A DNA stretch of 49,450 nucleotides from Bdellovibrionota bacterium FG-1 (GTDB taxonomy: Bacteria > Bdellovibrionota > UBA1018): positions 1-49,450 of the forward strand of contig JBBCAW010000001.1 in the NCBI GenBank assembly GCA_051382295.1, read 5' to 3'. Under the pieces are notes generated by a model that saw only the letters and a list, made by a program, of their open reading frames with translations, did no database searches and was not told the DNA's origin. How positions within the stretch are numbered: position 1 is the stretch's first letter; each line of letters begins with the position of its first letter. Shown piece by piece: positions 37,556-47,083 of this stretch. A program made the translations under genes and the position numbers.

Positions 37556-38722
37556 GTGCGAGATCAAAGGCTTAGAAAAGAAATATTAGCGGCGTTGGTT
37601 TTCGGAATGTGGGTGGCGAGTTCCACCGCTTTCGCGGTGACTTCGCTCAAACAGGTTCAGGTCAGTAACGGCTCTCAGATTAGTCTGCTTTTTGATGGGA
37701 AGGTGCAAAAAAGTCAGATTAAGACCGAGTATCTGAATGATATCGTGCAACTCTCGATTTCTGACGTTGCCGTGTATCCTGCGAAAATTTCGTCGGTCAA
37801 TGGCGCTAGTTTGACTAAGATTTTTGCCTATCAGTATGCCCCTAAGCTCGTGCGGTGCCGTTTTACCGTGAAGGGCAAGGCTGAGAGTTACAAGCACAAG
37901 CTGGTTTTAAAAACTAACGGCAACGGAAAAATGCTTTCGGTTTTCCTCGAGGGTGAAAATGATATCGCTGAAAAAGATCCAAAGGGTCCGGATCCGGAAG
38001 AAAAGGCTCTCTTAGCGAGAGTGCTCGCCGCCGAGTCGGCGCCTGTGCCGCAAGCTCCCCAGATTTCTATTCCCTCGGCCAGTAAACATGAATCCCATGA
38101 TTCCGTTACCGTGAGTGCGGCAGCTCCAGTTCTTAAGCAGGCGGAGACGGTGGTCCCTTCCGTTCATTTGACCGGTACGCCGGCCGGCAGGTTGACTAGC
38201 GGAAAGCCGCTTCCGAGTCCCATAAAGGCGTTGTCGAAAACGGCGACCGTTTTGGGCGTTTTTGGGTTGCTAGCCCTTGTTTTACGTCGCGTCTTGCAGA
38301 AACGTGCGGGTGGGCAGATTGTCTCCGCAGTAGGACGGTTTGCGAAAAAAAATCTCGGCCGTCAAGCGAAAATGATCGAAGTTCTTTCAACGCACTATTT
38401 GGGTCCAAAAAAGAGCATTGCCGTGGTGAGAGTAGCTGGGCGAATGCTGGTCATTGGAGTCACTCCGGATGCCATCAATCTCATTACTCAGCTTTCCGGC
38501 GAGGAGTTTGATCCCTCGGCAAGTGCCGAGGACGTAGATTTAGGGAGCTTTTTGGGGAAGGCACCTCCTCGGGAGCCAGTGTTTGCGTCGATGCTTCAAA
38601 AAGAGGCAGTTAAGCCTGCAGTTACTCCTTCCTCGCGAGTTATTCCAGGCGCTTCTCAAGAAAGTCTTTCGAGTGTACGCGCGCAGATTCGCAGTCGTTT
38701 GGAGGGGTTAAAACAATTATGA
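37556..38722 (+). CDS. fliO: FliO-family protein with N-terminal exported domain
   Basis: TM segment followed by IEVLSTHYLGPKKSIAVVRVAGRMLVIGVT. Lies between fliN and fliP. GTG start. Confidence 0.85.
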   Translation: MRDQRLRKEILAALVFGMWVASSTAFAVTSLKQVQVSNGSQISLLFDGKVQKSQIKTEYLNDIVQLSISDVAVYPAKISSVNGASLTKIFAYQYAPKLVRCRFTVKGKAESYKHKLVLKTNGNGKMLSVFLEGENDIAEKDPKGPDPEEKALLARVLAAESAPVPQAPQISIPSASKHESHDSVTVSAAAPVLKQAETVVPSVHLTGTPAGRLTSGKPLPSPIKALSKTATVLGVFGLLALVLRRVLQKRAGGQIVSAVGRFAKKNLGRQAKMIEVLSTHYLGPKKSIAVVRVAGRMLVIGVTPDAINLITQLSGEEFDPSASAEDVDLGSFLGKAPPREPVFASMLQKEAVKPAVTPSSRVIPGASQESLSSVRAQIRSRLEGLKQL

Positions 38723-39522
38723 ACCACGTACGGCCAAAAATTTGCTTTATCCTGGGTGCGTTTCTTGGCCTGCTGGCCTGGGCCACGTGCGCCTATGCTG
38801 AGGGCAAGGGTATTGCGAGTTTTGTGCCCGGCACTTCCGGAGTTTCTTTGCCTTCTCTGAGTCTTTCTTTTGGGAGTGGGCAACAAAAACCTCAGGACGT
38901 GGTTTCTGTCATCCGGATTATCATGATGCTCACGGTGCTTTCGGTCGCGCCGGCGATTTTGATCATGATGACGTCTTTTACCCGCATCGTGGTAGTCCTC
39001 AGCTTTATTCGGCAAGCACTCGGAACCCAGCAGATGCCGCCGAATCAGGTGATTGTTGGTTTGGCTTTATTTTTGTCGTTTTTTGTCATGGCCCCGACCT
39101 TTAGGGCCATTTCGAGCAATTCGATTGAGCCCTATTTGAACGAAAAGATCGATCAAAAGATGGCCTATGAAAAAGCTGAGGCGCCGCTTCGTGAGTTCAT
39201 GTTCAATCAAACGCGGGAAAAGGATCTAGAACTGTTTTTGGCACTTTCTAAAGAAGTCAAACCGAAGAATCGCGCCGATGTTCCTACCTATGTGTTGGTA
39301 CCGTCTTTTGTGATTAGCGAACTCAAGACGGCGTTTCAAATTGGGTTTATGCTGTATTTGCCATTTTTGGTGCTCGATATGGTCGTGGCCAGCGTCCTCA
39401 TGGCGATGGGGATGATGATGTTGCCGCCTGCGGTTATTTCGCTGCCGTTCAAACTTTTGCTTTTCGTTTTGATTGATGGCTGGGAGCTCGTGGTGGGAAG
39501 TCTTGTCAAAAGTTTTGGTTAA
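38719..39522 (+). CDS. fliP: Flagellar export pore protein FliP
   Basis: MMTSFTRI, QQMPPNQV, SELKTAFQIGF and MGMMMLPP. Confidence 0.97.
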   Translation: MNHVRPKICFILGAFLGLLAWATCAYAEGKGIASFVPGTSGVSLPSLSLSFGSGQQKPQDVVSVIRIIMMLTVLSVAPAILIMMTSFTRIVVVLSFIRQALGTQQMPPNQVIVGLALFLSFFVMAPTFRAISSNSIEPYLNEKIDQKMAYEKAEAPLREFMFNQTREKDLELFLALSKEVKPKNRADVPTYVLVPSFVISELKTAFQIGFMLYLPFLVLDMVVASVLMAMGMMMLPPAVISLPFKLLLFVLIDGWELVVGSLVKSFG

Positions 39523-39531
39523 GGGGGTTTT

Positions 39532-39801
39532 ATGACGGAAGAAATGGTAATGGGCATAGCCGCCGAAGCGATCAAGACGACGATCTATCTTGCTGGTCCT
39601 CTTTTGCTCGCGGCGATGGGAATTGGGATTATCGTGAGCGTGCTTCAGGCCGTTACCCAAATCAATGAATCGACTCTGACCTTCATTCCAAAAATGGTTG
39701 CCGTGATTCTTGTTTTAGTGGTGATGGCTCCTTGGATGCTTGAGATTTTGCAGAATTATGCAACCCAGGTATTGGGAAGTGCGGGAGAAATGGTTCGATA
39801 G
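39532..39801 (+). CDS. fliQ: Flagellar export protein FliQ
   Basis: QAVTQINESTLTFIPK. Confidence 0.97.
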   Translation: MTEEMVMGIAAEAIKTTIYLAGPLLLAAMGIGIIVSVLQAVTQINESTLTFIPKMVAVILVLVVMAPWMLEILQNYATQVLGSAGEMVR

Positions 39802-40620
39802 ATGAATTTATTTAACTTATCTCAAATCACTCAAGAGGAAATTCTGACCTTTTTTGCGGTCTTAATGAGATATAGTGTCCTGATTGCCGTACTGCCGTTT
39901 ACCGGGGATCGGGTTGTGCCAGTGCCAGTGAAGGTCCTTTTGGCTCTTGCCACTTCCTTGGCGTTATTTCCCGCCTTGGTGTCGGGCGGGACAGTCAGGC
40001 CTGGAGATGCCGCCGTTTGGGGGGCCACCACGGGAGGTATTGCCGGAACGATTGCTTGTGAAGTGCTGTTCGGTTTGGTGATGGGATATACTGCACGAAT
40101 CCTTTTTGAGTCCATTTCGTTTGGCGCCAACTTAGTCGGTAATTTCATGGGTTTCTCGGCAGCGAGTACTTACGATCCTCATCAAGAGTCTCAGAGTCAG
40201 GTGGTTGCGCAGCTTCAAATGGCAGTTGCGATGCTCATATTTTTATCGGTGGATGGGCATCACCTCATGCTTCAGGCCTCGTTAGACAGTTACCGGGTCG
40301 TCGGCCTTGGGAAGGCGACTATTACTGGCCTCACGGGACAAAAGTTGATTGAGTTTTCAGCTCAGACCCTGCGTTTTGGTATTCAGTTGGCCGCACCAGT
40401 AGCGGTTTCGATTTTTGCTGTAAACGTTACTTTTGGCGTCATAGCCAAGGCCATGCCGCAACTGAATGTTTTGATTCTTTCTTTTGCGGTTACCGCGCTG
40501 GTGGGCCTGACGGTGATGTTGATGAGCGTGCCTGAGTTTCAGAGTGCCGCCAGTGGCATCTTGGGAAGAGTCGGCGACTGGATTGAAGAGTTGGGTCAAA
40601 CTATGCGGGGGGTTCGGTAA
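39802..40620 (+). CDS. fliR: Flagellar export protein FliR
   Basis: Multi-TM protein with FLSVDGHH and KAMPQLNV. Confidence 0.95.
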   Translation: MNLFNLSQITQEEILTFFAVLMRYSVLIAVLPFTGDRVVPVPVKVLLALATSLALFPALVSGGTVRPGDAAVWGATTGGIAGTIACEVLFGLVMGYTARILFESISFGANLVGNFMGFSAASTYDPHQESQSQVVAQLQMAVAMLIFLSVDGHHLMLQASLDSYRVVGLGKATITGLTGQKLIEFSAQTLRFGIQLAAPVAVSIFAVNVTFGVIAKAMPQLNVLILSFAVTALVGLTVMLMSVPEFQSAASGILGRVGDWIEELGQTMRGVR

Positions 40621-40623
40621 GTC

Positions 40624-41715
40624 ATGGCCGAAGACCAGAAAGAAGACCGCTCTAGAGATGATTTATCCGAAGATGCCTCCCCCTATCGCCTGGAGGAAAT
40701 GCGGCGCAAGGGACAGGTTTCTCAAAGCCGTGAGCTTACCGGCCTGATTGCCCTGATGGCGGCTGCCGCCGTGACCTATGTCATGAGCCCAAAAATGGGC
40801 GCGGATCTTGCGGAATTCATGCGTGAAACGTTTCGCACGGATCTTTCAGCGCGTCTTGATTTGGGTGGGGCCCACGTTTTGGGCGGGGTTTTCAGCAAGG
40901 CTCTGCGACTCACCGCGATCTTGGCTTTTCCCATTTGCCTCGCCGGCTTTATTTTTGGGATTATTGGCAGTCTTGCCCAGGTGGGGTCGATCTTTTCGAC
41001 TGATCCGATCACGCCGGATCTCAGCAAGATTGACCCTTTTTCTGGCCTCAAAAGGCTGGTTTCGCGCCGCACGGCGATTGACGGTCTTCGCCTGATTTTT
41101 AAAATGATCACGGTGTTGCTGGTGGCCTATTCCCTCGTCAAAACCGAAATTGTCAATGCTCCTTTGCAAATGGCGGCTGATCCTGTGAATCTTTTTAATT
41201 CATACGGACACGCGGCCAAAGTGATTTTTTTGAGTCTCATGGGGGTGTTGACTGTCTTTGCGATTATTGACTGGTTTTTGACTAAACGCGAATACGACAC
41301 CAGTCTCCGTTTAACCAAACAGGAAGCCAAGCAAGAGCATAAGGAGCGCGAAGGGGATCCCCAAATCAAGGCCCGCATTCGTGCGGTTCAGCGTGAAATG
41401 GCCCGTCGTCGGATGATGCAAGCGGTGAAAAAGGCGGACGTGATTATTACGAATCCGACGCACATTGCAATTGCGTTGGTTTATGAGCGAAACTCGATGG
41501 CTGCGCCCAAAGTGGTCGCCAAAGGGGCTGATTTTCTCGCTCAGAAGATCAAAAAAATTGCCGCCGATGCGGGGATACCTATGGTTGAAAATGTCCCATT
41601 GGCCCGGACTTTATACAAGACCGTCAAGGTGAATCAGTTTGTGCCGCGGGCACTTTATCAGGCGGTCGCCGAAGTGTTGGCTTATGTTTATCGGCTGAAA
41701 AATAGGGGACTCTAA
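40624..41715 (+). CDS. flhB: Flagellar export switch protein FlhB
   Basis: EGDPQIK, autocleavage motif NPTH, and APKVVAKG. Confidence 0.97.
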   Translation: MAEDQKEDRSRDDLSEDASPYRLEEMRRKGQVSQSRELTGLIALMAAAAVTYVMSPKMGADLAEFMRETFRTDLSARLDLGGAHVLGGVFSKALRLTAILAFPICLAGFIFGIIGSLAQVGSIFSTDPITPDLSKIDPFSGLKRLVSRRTAIDGLRLIFKMITVLLVAYSLVKTEIVNAPLQMAADPVNLFNSYGHAAKVIFLSLMGVLTVFAIIDWFLTKREYDTSLRLTKQEAKQEHKEREGDPQIKARIRAVQREMARRRMMQAVKKADVIITNPTHIAIALVYERNSMAAPKVVAKGADFLAQKIKKIAADAGIPMVENVPLARTLYKTVKVNQFVPRALYQAVAEVLAYVYRLKNRGL

Positions 41716-41718
41716 CGG

Positions 41719-43806
41719 ATGAAGAATTTTTTGGAAAAGATCTCGAAAAATTCCGATCTGTTGATGGCCCTAGGGCTCGTACTGATCCTGGCGGTCATGG
41801 TTATTCCGATGCCGCCATTTTTCATCGATATCATGCTTTCGATGAGTATCGCAGGATCCATGGTCATCATGTTGACGTCCGTTTATGCCACACGGGCGCT
41901 GGATTTCAGTATTTTTCCATCCATGCTCTTGATCATGACCCTGTTTCGGCTGTCCTTGAATGTGGCTACTACGCGGGTCATTTTGCTTCATGGCGCTGAA
42001 AGCGGGACCGCCGCGGCTGGCGACGTGATTCAATCGTTCGGTAACTTCGTGGTCGGCGGAAATTACGCCGTCGGCATAGTCGTCTTTGTTATTTTGGTGA
42101 TTATTAATTTTATGGTCATCACGAAGGGTGCCGGCCGCGTGGCTGAAGTGGCGGCGCGATTCACCTTGGACGCCATGCCCGGTAAACAGATGGCGATCGA
42201 TGCTGACTTGAACGCCGGCACTATTAATGAGGAGCAGGCGCGTACACGCCGCTCTGAGATCACGCGCGAGGCTGACTTTTACGGAGCCATGGACGGTGCG
42301 TCTAAATTCGTTCGCGGAGATGCCATTGCCGGCATCATGATTGTGTTCGTCAACTTGATTGGCGGAATCGTGATCGGCACTCTGCAAAAAAACATGGACA
42401 TTGCGCAGGCCGCCCAAGTCTTTACCTTATTGACGATTGGGGATGGTCTGGTTTCCCAAATTCCCGCTCTGATTATTTCGACCGCCGCTGGTATTATTGT
42501 GACTCGTACTTCGAGCGGCACCAATTTTAGCGCGGAGGTGAGCAAGCAGCTCCTCCAAAAACCCAAAGCCATCGGGGCCGCAGCCGGGTTAATGGGGTTC
42601 ATGGCTATCATTCCAGGGCTGCCAAAAATGCCCTTTATCTTGATTGCCCTGGTGTTGGGAATGATTGCTCGCACGTTGACACAAAAGGAGCGCAAGGCGG
42701 CTGCGATTCTCAGTAAGATCGAACAAACTGAAAAACTCAAACCTGTGCCCGAGAAACTCGAAAACCTCCTCCCTGTAGATCTGCTTGAACTTGAGGTTGG
42801 GTATGGTTTGATCAATATCGTGGATGCCGAACAAAACGGCGATTTGCTCGAGCGAATTTCAAATATCCGCAAACAGTTCGCCCTGGATTTGGGCATCATT
42901 GTGCCGCCGCTTCGGATTCGCGACAATCTGGAACTCAAGCCTGGAGATTACCAGGTATTACTCAAAGGGGTCGTGATCGGCGAAGGGCAGCTCATGGTTG
43001 GCCATTTGCTTGCCATGGACCCCGGCAATGTCAGCGAGCCCGCCGCCGGAGTTCCCACCAAGGAGCCCGCTTTTGGATTAGATGCAATTTGGATCAGCCA
43101 ACGCCAAAAAGACGAAGCCACCTATGCGGGATACACCGTGGTCGATCTTTCAACGGTCATTGCCACCCACTTGACTGAGCTGATACGGAGTCACGCCAGT
43201 GAGTTGATTGGTCGTCAGGAGCTTCAAACGCTCTTGGATGGCTTCAAGCAAAATTCCCCTAAGGTGGTGGAAGATCTTCTGGCGCCGCAGACCGGCCTTT
43301 CAACCGGCACGATCCTCAAAGTAGTCAAAAATCTACTCAAAGAGGGCGTGTCCGTGAGGGATCTTCGTACGATTCTCGAAGGTTTGGCTGATATGGCGCC
43401 TCACCAAAAAGATCCCCTCTTTTTAACCGAACATGTACGACAGTCTTTGGCGCGGACGATCACCAAAAAATTAGTTTCGTCCGATGGTCAGCTCAATCTG
43501 ATTACGCTGGATCGCCAGATCGAAGAGACGATCGCGGGTGGCATTATTCAGACGGACCAGGGTCAACAACTCTCGCTGGATCCCGAGTTTGTGCGGTCCT
43601 TCGTCGCGCAACTCAACACTCAGGCGCTGGAGCTTTCTGCGGCGGCAAGCCACGCGGTGGTTTTGTGTTCTCCGCTGATTCGTTCGCAGCTCAAGCAATT
43701 GCTGGATCGCTTTATTCCCAATATCATTGTGCTTTCGCATAATGAGATTACTCCTAACGTTAACGTGAAGTCCTTTGGAACCGTGAGGTTATCACATGCA
43801 AGTTAA
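41719..43806 (+). CDS. flhA: Flagellar export gate protein FlhA
   Basis: RVAEVAARFTLDAMPGKQMAIDADL and FYGAMDGASKFVRGDA. Confidence 0.98.
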   Translation: MKNFLEKISKNSDLLMALGLVLILAVMVIPMPPFFIDIMLSMSIAGSMVIMLTSVYATRALDFSIFPSMLLIMTLFRLSLNVATTRVILLHGAESGTAAAGDVIQSFGNFVVGGNYAVGIVVFVILVIINFMVITKGAGRVAEVAARFTLDAMPGKQMAIDADLNAGTINEEQARTRRSEITREADFYGAMDGASKFVRGDAIAGIMIVFVNLIGGIVIGTLQKNMDIAQAAQVFTLLTIGDGLVSQIPALIISTAAGIIVTRTSSGTNFSAEVSKQLLQKPKAIGAAAGLMGFMAIIPGLPKMPFILIALVLGMIARTLTQKERKAAAILSKIEQTEKLKPVPEKLENLLPVDLLELEVGYGLINIVDAEQNGDLLERISNIRKQFALDLGIIVPPLRIRDNLELKPGDYQVLLKGVVIGEGQLMVGHLLAMDPGNVSEPAAGVPTKEPAFGLDAIWISQRQKDEATYAGYTVVDLSTVIATHLTELIRSHASELIGRQELQTLLDGFKQNSPKVVEDLLAPQTGLSTGTILKVVKNLLKEGVSVRDLRTILEGLADMAPHQKDPLFLTEHVRQSLARTITKKLVSSDGQLNLITLDRQIEETIAGGIIQTDQGQQLSLDPEFVRSFVAQLNTQALELSAAASHAVVLCSPLIRSQLKQLLDRFIPNIIVLSHNEITPNVNVKSFGTVRLSHAS

Positions 43807-45304
43807 GAAATTTGAGGCACCCACCATTCAAGAAGCCCTTGAAGTCATTAAACGGGAACTCGGGCCCGAGGCGATTATCTTGCAGACCCGAAAAATGAAA
43901 AAAGGTTTTGGGCTGATGTCAAAGGAATCTGTCGAGGTGACGGCAGCGGTCTCTGAACGTTCGATTCAAAAAAAGACTTTCACGGAGGCGCGCGTGCGGG
44001 ATTCGGACCGCGATGCCATTAAAAAGATGCCAGCAAACCGGCAGGGCGATCTTTACGATAGGTATTCTGAAAAGAAACCTCCGAGCAGAGTGGCACCCCG
44101 CGCGAGCCATGAAGAGCTCACGGTTGATCGCCGGGCGGAGGCCACCCGTGACCAGATTGAGATTCGTCCCAAACGGCTGACGGCCACTCGCTATGCGGAC
44201 ATCAGTGATGGTCCTTCGGCACCCGCTCAGGCGGCGGCGGCGGCACGAGTTCAGGCTACAGTGCGAGAGCGAGGGGTTGCGGCCAACGCCTATCAGGCTG
44301 AAACCCTAGAAGCCATAGCCCAGGGAAGGGTTTCGCGGGATGCGGCTGGAGCCGTGATGGGGCAACCCGGTGCCGGCCGGAGCGTTGAAGAAGAAGTGCG
44401 TTACCTCAAGCGGATGATTGAGGAAATGAAGACAACGCAGGAAAGTTCCGAGGGATTGCCGAGTTCCGCTTTTGCGGGCTCCGGGGCGGGGGCCGGTATT
44501 TCGTCACCTGCTTTGCATGACGCTTTTGAACAGCTCGTGTTAAATGGGATGGATCGGCGCTACGCTTTAGGCTTGATCAAGAAATCTGTTTTTGAAATTG
44601 GCGAAGCACGTGGCCAAAACCCAGAGTATGTACTGGAGCAACTTGCGGTCGAGGTGATGCAAAGCACAGAAATTTTGTCACCGCTCGGCGATCTGAAGCC
44701 GGAGTCTCGGGGTGAGTTAGGGCCTATGATTTTGGCGTTAGTAGGACCCACGGGCGTGGGCAAGACCACGACCGTGGCTAAGCTGGCGAGCGAGGCACTG
44801 CTCAAGCGAAATCTTAAAGTGGGCTTGATCAACTTGGATAGCTATAAGGTCGCGGCTTTCGACCAGCTCGGAACCTATGCCAAAATTCTGAACGTGCCTT
44901 TTAGGTCCGCTGAAAACGCCGAGGAGCTGCGGGCCGCGGTGCGAGATTTTGCGGGCATGGATCTGATCTTGATTGATACTGCGGGACGTTCTCAGCGCGA
45001 TCCTGAAGCGCTCAAACAGACTCAGACGCTATTACAGACGTTGCCAGAGATGAGAACTCAGTTGGTTTTGTCTGTAACCACTCGAGACCATGAGCTTTAT
45101 GATCAGGCTAATCGTTTTTCAGTATTTAAACCCCAAGGGTTAATTTTTTCAAAGCTAGATGAGGCGACTCTTTTTGGAGCGATATACAATGTGTCGCAAA
45201 AGGCAAAATTACCGTTGCTCTATTTCACGACCGGCCAGCGGGTTCCTGAAGACATCGAAAACGCGACACGGGAGCGGGTGGCGGCCTTGATCATGGATCT
45301 TTGA
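43796..45304 (+). CDS. flhF: Flagellar SRP-family GTPase FlhF
   Basis: IKRELGPEAIIL, GPTGVGKTTT, DTAGRS, SKLDE and TGQRVPEDI. Confidence 0.95.
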   Translation: MQVKKFEAPTIQEALEVIKRELGPEAIILQTRKMKKGFGLMSKESVEVTAAVSERSIQKKTFTEARVRDSDRDAIKKMPANRQGDLYDRYSEKKPPSRVAPRASHEELTVDRRAEATRDQIEIRPKRLTATRYADISDGPSAPAQAAAAARVQATVRERGVAANAYQAETLEAIAQGRVSRDAAGAVMGQPGAGRSVEEEVRYLKRMIEEMKTTQESSEGLPSSAFAGSGAGAGISSPALHDAFEQLVLNGMDRRYALGLIKKSVFEIGEARGQNPEYVLEQLAVEVMQSTEILSPLGDLKPESRGELGPMILALVGPTGVGKTTTVAKLASEALLKRNLKVGLINLDSYKVAAFDQLGTYAKILNVPFRSAENAEELRAAVRDFAGMDLILIDTAGRSQRDPEALKQTQTLLQTLPEMRTQLVLSVTTRDHELYDQANRFSVFKPQGLIFSKLDEATLFGAIYNVSQKAKLPLLYFTTGQRVPEDIENATRERVAALIMDL

Positions 45305-45450
45305 CGTCAATTTTGTGACAGAAAAACCGATGGGGTTGTACAAAAAAAGAATGAACGGGTCGTGAGGAAAATCTAAAATCTGTTAAACTAAAAAGAGGAC
45401 ACTTTCGATTGACGAGAGTGTTTCGAAAACCGTTTTGGCGAGGTGGAGAC

Positions 45451-46494
45451 ATGAGGTTGAATCCCGGAATTCAAAAGTATCGCGAGAACTCCAAGGCAGC
45501 GAAGGAGTCGAAGACATCTCCCGGTACGATAGCGAAGAGTTCAAAACCCTTGCCCGGTAAAGTGAAAAAGGCGGAAAAGGGCGAAAAAAATAAAACGGGC
45601 ACTGAGGCCGACGATCCAGTGCTTCAGGCTGCGGTCGAAGAAGCCGCCGCTGCGGAGGCCGCCAAACTAGAAGAAGAGGCCCTTCAGCTCGAGATCGCTG
45701 CGGAGTTGGTGGCCGAAGCCGCGCAGACGGATAAGTTGGTCAAGGCAGATTTTTCGCCGGTCAATAGCACGCGCGAAAGACTGGTCAACGAGTATGCCCC
45801 GCTGATCAAATACATTGCGCAAAAAATCGCAGCGCGCTTGCCGGCGAATATTGAGTTGGACGATCTGATTAGTTCCGGCGTGATTGGCTTAATGGACGCG
45901 ATTGAAAAGTACGACTCCAGCCGGGATAATAAATTTAAAACCTACGCTGAGTTTCGGATTCGCGGCGCAATTTTGGACGAACTCCGCGCCCAAGATTGGG
46001 TGCCTCGCTCGGTGCGTGAAAAGGCCAAGGTTTTGGAACGATGCTACTCTAAAATCGAGCAAGTGAAAGGGCGGCATGCCACCGACGAGGAAGTCTGCGA
46101 AGAGCTTAAGATCTCGCAAGAAGAGTATCACGACCTACTCAACCAGGTGCGAAGCGTTTCGCTGCTTTCGTACGATGATTTGTCGAGTTTCTCGAAGGCG
46201 GACAAAAGATCCTTACATGGTTATAGCGAGGCGAGTCCCAAGTCGCCCACGCCTTTTAGCGAGGTGAATGTCGCCTCGGTCAAAAAGGTGATTTCACAGG
46301 CTATTCATGATTTGCCGGAAAAGCAGCGACTCGTACTTTCGCTTTATTATTATGAGGATTTAAATCTCAAAGAGATTGGCCGAGTTTTAGATGTCACGGA
46401 GTCGCGCGTCAGCCAACTCCATACCCAGGCGATTTTGAAGCTCAAGGCTAAGCTCCGCAATCATTGGGATGAGTTTGTGACTTTGTTCGGCTAA
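45451..46494 (+). CDS. fliA: Flagellar sigma-28 factor FliA/WhiG family with long N-terminal extension
   Basis: DDLISSGVIGLMDAIEKYD, FKTYAEFRIRGAILDELR and EIGRVLDVTESRVSQLH. Confidence 0.93.
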   Translation: MRLNPGIQKYRENSKAAKESKTSPGTIAKSSKPLPGKVKKAEKGEKNKTGTEADDPVLQAAVEEAAAAEAAKLEEEALQLEIAAELVAEAAQTDKLVKADFSPVNSTRERLVNEYAPLIKYIAQKIAARLPANIELDDLISSGVIGLMDAIEKYDSSRDNKFKTYAEFRIRGAILDELRAQDWVPRSVREKAKVLERCYSKIEQVKGRHATDEEVCEELKISQEEYHDLLNQVRSVSLLSYDDLSSFSKADKRSLHGYSEASPKSPTPFSEVNVASVKKVISQAIHDLPEKQRLVLSLYYYEDLNLKEIGRVLDVTESRVSQLHTQAILKLKAKLRNHWDEFVTLFG

Positions 46495-46509
46495 ATAACA
46501 TCCTTCATG

Positions 46510-46962
46510 CTAAGCCGCGCGAGAAGGGGTGAGCGTGATTTGGGCGATTTGAGCGCAGAATTGTTTTATTTGCTCTTGGTCGGCTGGCGAGTCGTAGATG
46601 AAAAGCAAGCCCACCCGAAAAACGTGAGGCCGATCCGAGATGATTTTGGTCTCGGCCGCTAGGTTTTGGCAGTACGCCACTTTGCCTTGAATCATAATGG
46701 GGGCCGGGTCATTGAGAATGAGGCTGACCTTTACACTGGCGGGGATTTCGTGTTCGGCCATGACTTCTACGCCTTTGGATGAAATATCGTTGAGCAAAAG
46801 TCGCACGGAGACCGGGTCATTGGCCGCCGGCTGCGATCCGTCTGATCCCGCGGATTCTGCTGGGATTTCATAGGTCAGGGCGCCCTGGATTCGGCTGATA
46901 TGGATGGGGCGATTTCTACCTCTGCGGCCTCCTGATTTTGATGAGTTTTGGCCTTGCCACAT
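46510..46962 (-). CDS. PilZ-domain protein
   Basis: RxxxR (RGRNR) and DxSxxG (DISSKG) motifs, plus IQGKVAYC and FRVGLLF. Confidence 0.7.
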   Translation of the reverse strand: MWQGQNSSKSGGRRGRNRPIHISRIQGALTYEIPAESAGSDGSQPAANDPVSVRLLLNDISSKGVEVMAEHEIPASVKVSLILNDPAPIMIQGKVAYCQNLAAETKIISDRPHVFRVGLLFIYDSPADQEQIKQFCAQIAQITLTPSRAA

Positions 46963-47083
46963 AATGAATTTCCCCTTGGAAACAGTATGACATGGTGGGT
47001 CGGGTTAATCTAGAGAGAAAAAGTCAACTAATATGCGATTGAAAATATCGCTTAGAATCCAATGGTTATGAAATATTCTCGCG

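Noticed and set aside
17731..46267. Numerous antisense and alternate-frame ORFs inside the flagellar genes
   Set aside because: Shadow ORFs of well-supported genes, without motifs or ribosome-binding sites.
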